DNA from: Nitrospirota bacterium
GTDB lineage: Bacteria > Nitrospirota > Thermodesulfovibrionia > Thermodesulfovibrionales > Dissulfurispiraceae
Assembly (NCBI GenBank): GCA_963710375.1
Contig: CAVPZX010000002.1
Location: 224,001 to 288,000, forward strand
DNA: 64,000 nucleotides
Direction: 5' to 3'
Each line of letters opens with the position of its first letter. Position 1 is the stretch's first letter. Below, piece after piece: positions 47,277 to 56,514 of this stretch. The notes beneath the pieces were generated by a model that made no database searches, had not been told where the DNA came from, and saw only the letters and a program-made list of their open reading frames with translations. The translations under genes and the position numbers were made by a program.

Positions 47277-48539
47277 TTACCTCCCAGCCAATGATTGAAT
47301 AGCTTTGAGTGCTGCCGCTGTACTGTACTGCACGCTTGAATAAACATCAAGCGGTTTTAATGCGCAACCGGAAGCATACATCCCGCTCGCTCCAGTATTG
47401 GATGCAATAAAACCATCCGTATCGTATGCTATGTCTGCCGGGATTTTGCTGTTCCGTGTGTTTGGCGCCATTCCAGCGGCGAGCACAACGAGGTCGGCTT
47501 CTTCATGAAGCTTTTGATTGGAAAGCGTATCTTCAGCAGTCACAGTAAGATTCTTTGTTTCAGGGTCTTCCTTGATATCGGCAACCTTTCCCTTGATGAA
47601 TCTTATCTTCTCATCTTTTTGCGCCTTAAGATACATCTTCTCATATCGCCCCGGTGTCCGAATATCGATATAGAAAATAGTCACAAGGGCATCCGGATAC
47701 TGTTCACGAACATAGGAAGCCTGTTTTATTGAAGCAAGGCAGCAAACGTAAGAGCAGTATGGGAGATGGTTCTCATCGCGGGACCCGGCACATTGCACAA
47801 AGACAACCTTCGAGACCTCTTTCCCATCAGACGGTCGAACGATCTTGCCGTTAGTCGGACCGCTCTGAGCCGCCAACCTTTCCATCATCATATTGGTAAT
47901 AACATTTTGATACTTGCCGAACCCGATATTATCGATTTGGGAAGCATCATAAGGACTCCATCCGGTGGCCCAGACAATCGATCCCACCTTCAGGGAAAGA
48001 CTTTGGGTTGTCATATCAAGATCAATCGCATTGTATGTGCAGGCCTCTTTACACTTTGCACACCCGGCTTTTTTACAGTATTTATCATCAATCACATATC
48101 TCATCGGAAAGGAAAAATCATGGGGAAGATAAACAGCCTTTGTCTTATCCATTGCAAAGTTGAAATCATTCGGTCTTTCAAAAGGACAAACATCAACGCA
48201 TGCCCTGCAGGCAGTACAATTTTCGTTCACATATCTTGGATTAAGCTTTACCGTGACATCGAAATCTCCCTCTGAACCGGAAACCTTTTCGACTTCTGCC
48301 ATGGTATAAAATTTAATCCTCGGGTTGTTCTTAATTCTTCTGAAATTAATTTCCAGTCCGCAGTTGGGCGGGCACAACTTTGGGAAGTACTTGTTAAGCT
48401 GGGTTACCCTTCCGCCAAGATATGGGTTCTTCTCAACAATAATTACCTCATGCCCAACTTCTGCTGCTTCAAGGGCGGTAGATATCCCGCTGATACCCCC
48501 ACCTACAACCAGGATACTCTTGGTATTTTCTGCTGCCAT
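47277..48539 (-). CDS. qmoA: QmoA (HdrA-like)
   Basis: LVVGGGISG, YFPKLCPPNCG, CAGSRDENHLPYCSYVCC. Confidence 0.93.
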   Translation of the reverse strand: MAAENTKSILVVGGGISGISTALEAAEVGHEVIIVEKNPYLGGRVTQLNKYFPKLCPPNCGLEINFRRIKNNPRIKFYTMAEVEKVSGSEGDFDVTVKLNPRYVNENCTACRACVDVCPFERPNDFNFAMDKTKAVYLPHDFSFPMRYVIDDKYCKKAGCAKCKEACTYNAIDLDMTTQSLSLKVGSIVWATGWSPYDASQIDNIGFGKYQNVITNMMMERLAAQSGPTNGKIVRPSDGKEVSKVVFVQCAGSRDENHLPYCSYVCCLASIKQASYVREQYPDALVTIFYIDIRTPGRYEKMYLKAQKDEKIRFIKGKVADIKEDPETKNLTVTAEDTLSNQKLHEEADLVVLAAGMAPNTRNSKIPADIAYDTDGFIASNTGASGMYASGCALKPLDVYSSVQYSTAAALKAIQSLAGR

Positions 48540-48610
48540 GCTGTTCCTCCGTGGACTTATGTAGTTAAATGACTAAGGCTAACAAAAAATAAAACATCAC
48601 ATACAATATA

Positions 48611-49126
48611 TCAATCACATTTCGAGGGACATTTGATTGCCTCAAATGCGAGAAAGATTCTCTTTTCTTTTTCGATCCTCTTTTCCTGAAGTTTCTTAAA
48701 CTCAATTTGTTTAACAGCTTCCAAGGACTTCTCCTTTGAGGGTATTGATTCCAACCCATTGCCGATAACCTCACCGGAAACAGTCTCAAGGACCTCTGCA
48801 TCCTCTCCATTGGTCACCACTGCAAATGGAATCTGATAATCATCGAGTATCCTTGCACAGGACACAACCTCTGTCTCCCTCGATACCAAAGAGCCGCGGG
48901 CACATCTCATAAGCATGAATCTTTTCCCTTCAACACTTACGATAAGATCCGTCTTCGGTCTATATACTTCTTCTTCAATAACAATTTCAAAGTCTCTGTC
49001 AACCTCGATATCCTGTCTTGAATATCCCTTCTTATCAATCAACAGACGTTCTATTTTCTGTCTTATCCTTTCATCATCGGTATCGGGAAATAACCGGCCG
49101 GTTATATAATCACAAATTTCCGACAT
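48611..49126 (-). CDS. Stand-alone HsdR N-terminal-like domain protein
   Basis: DYITG..ERIRQ..KGY..I..D..FAVVTNG..G..IP. Confidence 0.8.
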   Translation of the reverse strand: MSEICDYITGRLFPDTDDERIRQKIERLLIDKKGYSRQDIEVDRDFEIVIEEEVYRPKTDLIVSVEGKRFMLMRCARGSLVSRETEVVSCARILDDYQIPFAVVTNGEDAEVLETVSGEVIGNGLESIPSKEKSLEAVKQIEFKKLQEKRIEKEKRIFLAFEAIKCPSKCD

Positions 49127-49134
49127 TAGCTGTT

Positions 49135-49908
49135 TTATTTCTTATATTCTTCCTTAACCTTCAATGTGTTCTCAAGCATCAGGACATACTTCAGGTATTT
49201 GAACCCGAACTTCATCAACGCAATCTCGTCAGTCCCTATTTTTTCGACTTCTTCAGCATCAATAATATCGAGAAGACGGCTCTCAAAAACAAATTTTCTA
49301 AATCTGTCAAGATCATAACTGACCATATAAATCAGGGCCTGACTCTTCGGATCAAGTCTGTCTTGCCCCTGGGCGTCCCTTCTCAGCTGAATCTCCTTCC
49401 ATTCCCTGTTTATATCGTCATAAAGGTTAACCCCCTGATCAACCCTCCATGTTCCAATTGTCCACTCTTTTTCTTCGTTATAGCCCAGACATCCCGGTTC
49501 CCTGATAAAGAAAAAAAATTCCTCCTTTACATGGTCCGTCTCTTTTCCGCTTATCATTATACCCTGACCCACGGGATAGTATCGACAGGTGGAAGGCCTG
49601 TCTTCATAAATACTGCAACCCGAAGGTGCCACAAAAGGACACTTCCCTTCATTATCATCGATCATCTTGAGCATTGCATATGGATGTGAAGATTTTTCAT
49701 CGTAATGAGTATACGTGTATTTCTCAAGGAATTCTTCTGAAGAAATTCCCAGACTCTTCTTCATCCTTAAGATGTCATAAGGTGTCAAAATTATATCTAC
49801 GCGCGTACAGCATTTATTAAAACACCCGATATCTTTATGACACCTGAACTTGAATTTGGAATCCCGTGTGCGCTCAATCGGTTCTACAAACTGTGTGCCT
49901 GAAAACAT
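49135..49908 (-). CDS. YkgJ family cysteine-cluster protein
   Basis: FRCHKDIGCFNKCC..LTPYD..CPF..CSIYEDRPSTCRYYP. Confidence 0.9.
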   Translation of the reverse strand: MFSGTQFVEPIERTRDSKFKFRCHKDIGCFNKCCTRVDIILTPYDILRMKKSLGISSEEFLEKYTYTHYDEKSSHPYAMLKMIDDNEGKCPFVAPSGCSIYEDRPSTCRYYPVGQGIMISGKETDHVKEEFFFFIREPGCLGYNEEKEWTIGTWRVDQGVNLYDDINREWKEIQLRRDAQGQDRLDPKSQALIYMVSYDLDRFRKFVFESRLLDIIDAEEVEKIGTDEIALMKFGFKYLKYVLMLENTLKVKEEYKK

Positions 49909-49943
49909 TGTCTATCCTTTCTGCCTCGATCTCACTTCAGTTC

Positions 49944-50729
49944 TTACCTCTTAACCCGCAAGAGCTTATCCATTTCCGCATCTTTGAGTTTCAGGACGCC
50001 TTCCGAAAACAAATTGAACCTCACCCATCTATAGCCGAAATTTAAAATTTCTTCCAGGTCTTCCTCGTCTTCTCTTATCTTTTGTACAACCTCCTCCTCT
50101 ACATCATATATATCAAAGAACTTTGTTTTAAAAAGGAATGTTCTGAAATCATCCAGGTCATAACAGGCCATATAAATCAGCTTTGCTTTTCCCTGATCAA
50201 GCTTATTGCCTTTCTGAAAATAATCATGGAAAGTAATTTGCCTGTATGATTCATTCATCATGTCATATATGTCAATACCCTGGTCTTTCTTCCATTCCTC
50301 GATTGTCCATTGTTTTCCCTCTTTTAATGCAAGGCATGAGGACTTTTCCTCTATTGAAAAACCATCTTCCTTCGGGGAAGCCGGGAATATCGGATACATC
50401 CTGCATGACCAGGGCCTGTCCCGGTATATCCCGCACCCATCAGGCGTAACAAAAGGGCAGTTCTTATTCTGATCCTCAAGCATCTTGAGCACCACCAAAG
50501 GTATCCCTTCATCTCCTAACAAAGCAACAGTATATCTTTTCAGGAACTCACCCGAAGATACTTCAAGTGACTCTCTCATCCTCAGGACGTCATAAGGTGT
50601 TAGAAAGATATTTACATCGCTGCAGCAGGTATTAAAACAGGAAAGACCTTTGTGGCATGAAAACTTGAATTTATCATCGACAGAAAGCCTTCGGTGCTTT
50701 TCGGCATATTCTTCATTCATAAACCACAT
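49944..50729 (-). CDS. YkgJ family cysteine-cluster protein (paralog)
   Basis: FSCHKGLSCFNTCC..LTPYD..CPF..CGIYRDRPWSCRMYP. Confidence 0.9.
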   Translation of the reverse strand: MWFMNEEYAEKHRRLSVDDKFKFSCHKGLSCFNTCCSDVNIFLTPYDVLRMRESLEVSSGEFLKRYTVALLGDEGIPLVVLKMLEDQNKNCPFVTPDGCGIYRDRPWSCRMYPIFPASPKEDGFSIEEKSSCLALKEGKQWTIEEWKKDQGIDIYDMMNESYRQITFHDYFQKGNKLDQGKAKLIYMACYDLDDFRTFLFKTKFFDIYDVEEEVVQKIREDEEDLEEILNFGYRWVRFNLFSEGVLKLKDAEMDKLLRVKR

Positions 50730-50750
50730 TCACTCCTTTTCTATCAGGCA

Positions 50751-50782
50751 GGGGGGCGACCTGAAAAAAGGTCGCTCCCCCC
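50751..50782. terminator. GC-rich hairpin after aprA (terminator or mRNA-stabilising stem)
   Basis: GGGGGGCGACCT-gaaaaa-AGGTCGCTCCCCCC; no clear U tract. Confidence 0.5.
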
Positions 50783-50814
50783 CATAGATACAATACAGTA
50801 CCTATCAACTAAAA

Positions 50815-52731
50815 CTAAACAATAGGAATCATCGGCCTTTCGATAACCTTCCATTCCTTCTTATCGACATCATACTTCACGTTTACAAAGTGCTTCTGTC
50901 CCTCATCCAGTTTCAAATAATCGAACTTATAGTAATAGCCGGGCCATCTGGATTCTTTCCTCGCCAGCCTGGTTCTTACACATGATTCGCCGACCCAATA
51001 TCTGTGTATTGCCTCCCATGCCCTCATCAACTCATGGAGGTTCTTGGCGCCAATCTTCTCCGTATCCTCTCCGCAGAATGACAATTTCCAGATGGCGGCC
51101 TCGAGCATCTTGTCATTTGTCCCGTACAATGTCTCCCATCCGCCTGCATATTCTCCCATTATCTTCTGCAGCCTGAACAGGAAACCATTTGGAGAAATAA
51201 AGTTGGGATTCACATCCGTCGAGGTGGTAAATGCATATTTCTCTCTAAACAGGGTGAGCGGCCTGAACACTATTTCCTTGAGTTTTTTTATAGTGGCATC
51301 GGATACTGTCGGCGTATAGTCTTTATTGTCATTGGCAAACCTGATCGCAGACTTTGCACAAATCCTTCCCTGCGCATGAGAGCCGCTCGAGAACTTATGT
51401 GCACATGCCCCTACTCCGCAACCCGATGTAAATAAACCCTTGACTGTCGTCATTAAGTTATATTTGACAGGGAATGCATCCTTGTATTCTGCCGGCATAA
51501 GATCTTCCGCACCGCAAACCCATGCGCCGGTTGAACTGGCATGAGAACCAATGAAGACAGAATCCGACAACTGAAGCTCCATAGGTTTTTCCAACGGGTC
51601 GATATTATGGGCAGCCCAGTTTGTAGCGCCTGCTATTGTCATATCGAGGAAGTCTTCCCACGCTTCTGACTCGTACTCTCTTATCTTCTTCTTAAGTTCC
51701 TTTGCATCCGTTATCTCCTTCTTGTACCTATCAACGACCCTGTTCGTATGCATAAGAAACGGCGTCTTGCCTTCCTTTGAGCAGAGTATCATCTCGTAGT
51801 TTCTCACAGGAGTCGGACAGGGCTTCGCCTTTGCATAGGGTGCCCACTTTGAGGTCTCGGAATCATACCCGCCGACATACGCCTCGTCATAGGCATTTGT
51901 TGCCGGCGTCTTAAAGAGCAGGAAGAACGTTCCGACAGGACCATATGAGTCCTTGAATCTCGGCGGGACAAAAGTGACATCCATCTGAGTAAGCTCACCG
52001 CCGGCCTGCAGTGTGAGTGCATAAGTCGATCCTCCGAGCCATGGCGGCATCCAGGACCTCCCAAAGCCTTCACCCTGAGACCTCGGCCTGAATACATGGA
52101 CGGCGCCGCCCAATATACAGATAACTACCTTTCCCTTGAAAACATAAAATTTGTCTTCCCTGACACTGAAACCAACCGCACCACATACTCTGTCAGGCTC
52201 TTTCTCGTCTTTGAGGAGGTGTGTTATGTAAACTCTTTCAATCAGCCGGCCCTTATCGCCGAGTGAGCCCAATGCATTCTTAGCCGCCTCAGCCACGATG
52301 ATCTTGTAGCTCTCGCCGGATATCATGACCTGCCATTCACCTGATTTTTTAAAATTCCCCGCCTCATCTTTCCATATGGGGAGTCCCCATTTTTCAAAGA
52401 GCTTAACCGACGAATCCACATGCCGTCCGACATCGAAGACGAGGTCTTGCCTTGCCAAACCCATCTGGTCGTTGGTCACATACTCGGCATACCTTGCCGG
52501 AGTGCTCTTATTCGCTGTAACCTTCCCGTCCAATCCCATATACGTATTAATGGCGGAAAGGCCCATGGCCACGGGACCGCTTCTGTCAATGGCAGCCTTC
52601 TCCACAAGTGTCACCCTCATACCAAGCGCCTTTGCCCAGTATGCAGCCTCAACTGCAGCGCCGCAGCCGGCCATTCCACCACCGAGTATCAACACATCGG
52701 TTTCAACAACTTCTGTTGGAATATCAGACAT
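50815..52731 (-). CDS. aprA: Adenylylsulfate reductase alpha subunit
   Basis: GGGMAGCG, AVAMGLSAINTY-like motif, WQVMISGESYK, RFKDSYGPVG, HKFSSGS, ESRWPGYY. Confidence 0.96.
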   Translation of the reverse strand: MSDIPTEVVETDVLILGGGMAGCGAAVEAAYWAKALGMRVTLVEKAAIDRSGPVAMGLSAINTYMGLDGKVTANKSTPARYAEYVTNDQMGLARQDLVFDVGRHVDSSVKLFEKWGLPIWKDEAGNFKKSGEWQVMISGESYKIIVAEAAKNALGSLGDKGRLIERVYITHLLKDEKEPDRVCGAVGFSVREDKFYVFKGKVVICILGGAVHVFRPRSQGEGFGRSWMPPWLGGSTYALTLQAGGELTQMDVTFVPPRFKDSYGPVGTFFLLFKTPATNAYDEAYVGGYDSETSKWAPYAKAKPCPTPVRNYEMILCSKEGKTPFLMHTNRVVDRYKKEITDAKELKKKIREYESEAWEDFLDMTIAGATNWAAHNIDPLEKPMELQLSDSVFIGSHASSTGAWVCGAEDLMPAEYKDAFPVKYNLMTTVKGLFTSGCGVGACAHKFSSGSHAQGRICAKSAIRFANDNKDYTPTVSDATIKKLKEIVFRPLTLFREKYAFTTSTDVNPNFISPNGFLFRLQKIMGEYAGGWETLYGTNDKMLEAAIWKLSFCGEDTEKIGAKNLHELMRAWEAIHRYWVGESCVRTRLARKESRWPGYYYKFDYLKLDEGQKHFVNVKYDVDKKEWKVIERPMIPIV

Positions 52732-52746
52732 TTTCTTCCCCCTTTC

Positions 52747-53193
52747 CTATTTCTTAATTGTTGAGAGTTCAGTAACTCCCATTAAACTCGGCTCCCCGAG
52801 CATGAACTCATTATTCAAATCAGCCGCCTTTGCCGCGGGAAATCCCTCGTCTGCCTTTATCGAACCCTCCGGGGTGGTCCTGGTCGGATACTTAAACCTC
52901 TTTATCCTTCCGTCCCTGTATGTGATTGTCCACATGATGTCCTCAGTTCCTCTCAAAGGTGTTGATGCGGCGCCGAGAGGCATAAAGTCAGAATATCCCC
53001 TGACATCCATAGCCTGCTGCGGACATATCTTTACACAACAGTAGCATTCCCAGCAGTACATAGGCTCCTGGTTATATGCCTTCATTCTTTCTTTGTCCAG
53101 CGCCATCAGATCGTTGGGGCATATATACATGCATGCAGTCTTATCCTGCCCCTTGCAGCCGTCACATTTTTCAGTCATTACAAAACTCGGCAT
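52747..53193 (-). CDS. aprB: Adenylylsulfate reductase beta subunit
   Basis: CDGCK..CMYICP, CWECYCCVKICP, VRGYSDFMPLG, RTTPEG. Confidence 0.97.
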   Translation of the reverse strand: MPSFVMTEKCDGCKGQDKTACMYICPNDLMALDKERMKAYNQEPMYCWECYCCVKICPQQAMDVRGYSDFMPLGAASTPLRGTEDIMWTITYRDGRIKRFKYPTRTTPEGSIKADEGFPAAKAADLNNEFMLGEPSLMGVTELSTIKK

Positions 53194-53299
53194 AACTAAA
53201 ACCTCCTTTGTTTTTTATTGATAATGCTTAACTCACCATCACTGCATAAACATGATGATCTTCCTTAAGTCCTTGTTGACACCCCCTTTCATTAAACTG

Positions 53300-53375
53300 C
53301 AGGTTAAGGTCAAGGTCGAGGTTGAGGTCAAAGGCATCTCATTCTTTACTTAACCTTTACCTCAACCTTTACCTG
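53300..53375. repeat. Mirrored hexamer micro-repeat element
   Basis: (AGGTYR) x5, a spacer, then (TAACCT/TTACCT/CAACCT)-type repeats. Confidence 0.8.
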
Positions 53376-53379
53376 ATTC

Positions 53380-54588
53380 TTATTTTTTCTCCCCTTCCGC
53401 ATATTTGTGGAGTTTTATCTCTACCTTCTCGGTAAGGCCAGCATAGTATTCTCTGAGAATAGTGAGAACTTCCGGACGGCTGAACTTATGTGTAACTTCT
53501 TCGCCTTCCGAAAGCATCTTTCTCAGCTTAGTGCCGCTGAGGAGTATCCGATCATCTTTCCCATGCGGACAGGTCTTCATCGAGGCCATCCCTTCGCACT
53601 TATCGCAGTAGAAGGTCCAGTCGATGTTGAGTGGTTTGGTTTCGAGTGCGTCCTTGGGTATCTCATCAAAGATTTTCTGAGCATCGAACGGGCCATAATA
53701 CTCGCCCACGCCTGCATGGTCGCGACCGACGATCAGGTGACTGCAGCCGTAGTTCTGCCTGAAAACTGCGTGCAGAAGCGCTTCTCTCGGGCCTGCATAG
53801 CGCATATCGAGAGGATAGCCTCCCACCATGACAGTGTTCTTGACGAAATACTTCTCGACGAGCACGTCGATACATTTCTGGCGGACATCCGACGGGATAT
53901 CCCCTGGTTTAAGCTTGCCCAGAAGCATGTGGATGTAAACGCCATCGCACACTTCGACAGCGATTTTCGCTAGAAATTCGTGTGAACGGTGCATCGGATT
54001 TCTTGTCTGGAATGCGGCGACCCTGCTCCATTTATTTGTTTCGAACGCCTTTCTGGTTTCGGCAGGTCTCTGGTATATTGCAGGGTACTCTGTCGGGAAG
54101 GTCCCCTCACTGAGCACCTTCACCGGTCCAGCCAGGTTGGTGTCAGCCTGTGCCATGACCATTTTTACGCCAGGATGCTCGGTATCGGTGGTTCTGAACA
54201 CCTGTTTGCATTCGTAGTTTTTGTCAATCTTGTATGCCTCAGTGACCTTCATAGTAGCCATGATTTCGCCGAACTCTTCCGAATACAGAGCGATTTCGTC
54301 GCCTACTTTCACAGCTTCACTGGTGGAAACGGTGATTGGAATCGGCCAGAATGTGCCGTCGGCCATCTTGTATTCCGCGCACACGCCTTTCCAGTCTTTT
54401 TCACCCATAAAACCGGTAAGGGGTGTAAAACCGCCGATACCCATCATAATAAGGTCACCAGTTTCGCGCGAGGATATATTGATCTTCTTGAGCCCCGCAG
54501 CTCTTTTCTTCTCTGCTTCCAGCTCTTTGCCGGTAAGGAGAAGAGGTTTTAATTTTTTCTCTTTCCCGTGCGGATTCACTAATGCCAT
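53380..54588 (-). CDS. sat: Sulfate adenylyltransferase (dissimilatory type)
   Basis: [41 protein letters not shown]. Confidence 0.97.
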   Translation of the reverse strand: MALVNPHGKEKKLKPLLLTGKELEAEKKRAAGLKKINISSRETGDLIMMGIGGFTPLTGFMGEKDWKGVCAEYKMADGTFWPIPITVSTSEAVKVGDEIALYSEEFGEIMATMKVTEAYKIDKNYECKQVFRTTDTEHPGVKMVMAQADTNLAGPVKVLSEGTFPTEYPAIYQRPAETRKAFETNKWSRVAAFQTRNPMHRSHEFLAKIAVEVCDGVYIHMLLGKLKPGDIPSDVRQKCIDVLVEKYFVKNTVMVGGYPLDMRYAGPREALLHAVFRQNYGCSHLIVGRDHAGVGEYYGPFDAQKIFDEIPKDALETKPLNIDWTFYCDKCEGMASMKTCPHGKDDRILLSGTKLRKMLSEGEEVTHKFSRPEVLTILREYYAGLTEKVEIKLHKYAEGEKK

Positions 54589-54648
54589 CTTAAATGTCCT
54601 CCTATTTAGTGGTTTATATACCTTAACATTGTGTCAACTAGGAATCAC

Positions 54649-55296
54649 TTATTTAATTCCGAGGGCCCCGCAAACCTTTCCGAATATTTGATCGATGCTT
54701 CCAGTGCCGGGAACTGACTTCAAAATACCTTTTTTACCATAATAGTCTATGAGGGGTGCAGTCTGAGCGGTATAAACCTCAAGTCTCTTCTTGATCGTTT
54801 CTTCTTTATCATCATCCCTCTGGAAGAGTTCACCTCCGCATTTATCGCAGGTTTTATCTTTTGCCGGACGATTAAAATAGATGTTGTACATCTGACCGCA
54901 CGCCTTGCATGTCCTTCTGCCGGTAAGCCTTTTCATAAGATCCTCAAAGGGGACATCTACGCTGAGTGCAGCAGTAAGCGGCAGGGCTAAAGAAGACAGC
55001 ATTGCATCCAGCGCCTCCGCCTGTTTTGTATTCCTGGGAAAACCGTCCAGTATATACCCCTTTTTGCAGTCGTCCTTACCCAGTCTTTCCTTAACCATTC
55101 CCAGGACAACGCTGTCGGGAACGAGTTCACCTTTGTCCATGTGTGATTTGGCCTCCTTGCCAAGGGCAGAGCCTGTGGCCACCGCTGCTCTCAGTAGATC
55201 GCCAGTCGAAATCTGCGGGATGGGATATTTTTCGATGATTTTTTTTGCCTGGGTGCCCTTACCCGCTCCAGGGGCGCCGAGAAGTACTATTCTCAT
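54649..55296 (-). CDS. adk: Adenylate kinase (zinc lid)
   Basis: GAPGAGKGTQ, LDGFPRN, CKAC..CDKC lid. Confidence 0.97.
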   Translation of the reverse strand: MRIVLLGAPGAGKGTQAKKIIEKYPIPQISTGDLLRAAVATGSALGKEAKSHMDKGELVPDSVVLGMVKERLGKDDCKKGYILDGFPRNTKQAEALDAMLSSLALPLTAALSVDVPFEDLMKRLTGRRTCKACGQMYNIYFNRPAKDKTCDKCGGELFQRDDDKEETIKKRLEVYTAQTAPLIDYYGKKGILKSVPGTGSIDQIFGKVCGALGIK

Positions 55297-55446
55297 TAGG
55301 AGAACCTCCGATAAAAGTTTTTTAAATTCAGTAAAACAATATAAGGTACTCTATGGGGTTATTTAAAGCAATTTTAAAATTATAATCATCACATTAAAAT
55401 TCTTTATATAATTTGCCAGGAGTTCAGAAACACGAAGAAATTTTGG

Positions 55447-56040
55447 TTATGAAACAAAGTGTTCCCAATAATCCCTTAATTGCTCCAGCGCCTTTTTTCT
55501 ATGGCTCAGCAGATCTTTTTCTTCAGGGAGCACTTCGGCAAAGGTTTTTCGGTGGTCTTGAGGATAGAATAAAGGGTCATATCCAAAACCCGATCTGCCG
55601 CATTCTTGTCGCCCGATAGTGCCCTCGGAAAATCCGGTGAATGTCCTTACTGTGCCGTTGGGCAGGGCGAAAGCAATGCAGCATACAAAACGCGCCCCCC
55701 GCTTCCCATCAGGAAGGTGCTGCATTGCTGCAAGCAGCTTCTCATTATTGGCCCTGTCGTCCGCATCCGGTCCGGCATAACGCGCAGACAGGATGCCCGG
55801 TGCACCTTGTAACTCGTATACTTCAAGCCCGGAGTCATCGGCAATCGCGGCCTTGCCAGTACAGCGAGCAACCGTTAAAGCCTTTTTGACCGCATTGCCT
55901 TCAAATGTATCCGCATCCTCCTCCACTTCCGGACAGGAGGGAAAGTCATCCTGGGTAAGAAAAACAATCCCGATACCTTTGAAAATCCTGCTTATTTCTT
56001 CGACTTTTTTCCTGTTTCTTGTCGCAAGCACGACTTCCAT
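55447..56040 (-). CDS. rdgB: XTP/dITP diphosphatase
   Basis: ATRNRKKVEE, ADDSGL, FGYDPLF, SHR; start uncertain. Confidence 0.95.
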   Translation of the reverse strand: MEVVLATRNRKKVEEISRIFKGIGIVFLTQDDFPSCPEVEEDADTFEGNAVKKALTVARCTGKAAIADDSGLEVYELQGAPGILSARYAGPDADDRANNEKLLAAMQHLPDGKRGARFVCCIAFALPNGTVRTFTGFSEGTIGRQECGRSGFGYDPLFYPQDHRKTFAEVLPEEKDLLSHRKKALEQLRDYWEHFVS

Positions 56041-56192
56041 ACTGGTGAACATAGCTTGTTCATCCTTTTTTGTCAAGTTTTTTGTTTTGCAGAGATACCT
56101 TTACAGATTATACGGTCATATGCTAACCTTATTAGCGTTCAATAATGTTTCTGTAGCAAGATAAATTCGATGAAAAGAAAGGTGGTGATTCA

Positions 56193-56463
56193 ATGTCACT
56201 GGACACAGAAAAGAAAAAAGGAACTCATAGAATCCTTTAAAGTTCATGATAATGACACAGGGTCGCCGGAGGTGCAGATAGCACTGCTCACGGAAAGGAT
56301 TACCTATCTCACAGAACACTTTAAGTCTCATGTTAAGGACCATCATTCAAGGCGTGGGCTTTTAAAGCTTGTATCTCAAAGGAAAAAGCTTCTTAATTAT
56401 CTTAGGACTACCGACAAAATCCGCCATGACAAGGTAATAGAACGCCTGGGACTCAGAAAGTAA
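56193..56463 (+). CDS. rpsO: 30S ribosomal protein S15 (apparent +1 frameshift near 5' end)
   Basis: [24 protein letters not shown]; the true start MSLDTEKKK at 56193 is out of frame by one extra A. Confidence 0.93.
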
Positions 56464-56514
56464 AACATACGCCTCGGCAACGCTGAAATTCAAATAAGGA
56501 GACTGATAAAAACT

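Noticed and set aside
43911..48539. Selenocysteine recoding in the HdrA-like Qmo subunits
   Set aside because: Frames are open and full length with Cys at the motif positions.
48611..49126. Type I restriction-modification system
   Set aside because: Lone short domain with no helicase, hsdM or hsdS nearby.
56170..56220. Novel N-terminus of S15 or programmed frameshift
   Set aside because: A canonical start with RBS exists at 56193; a homopolymer error is the simpler explanation.
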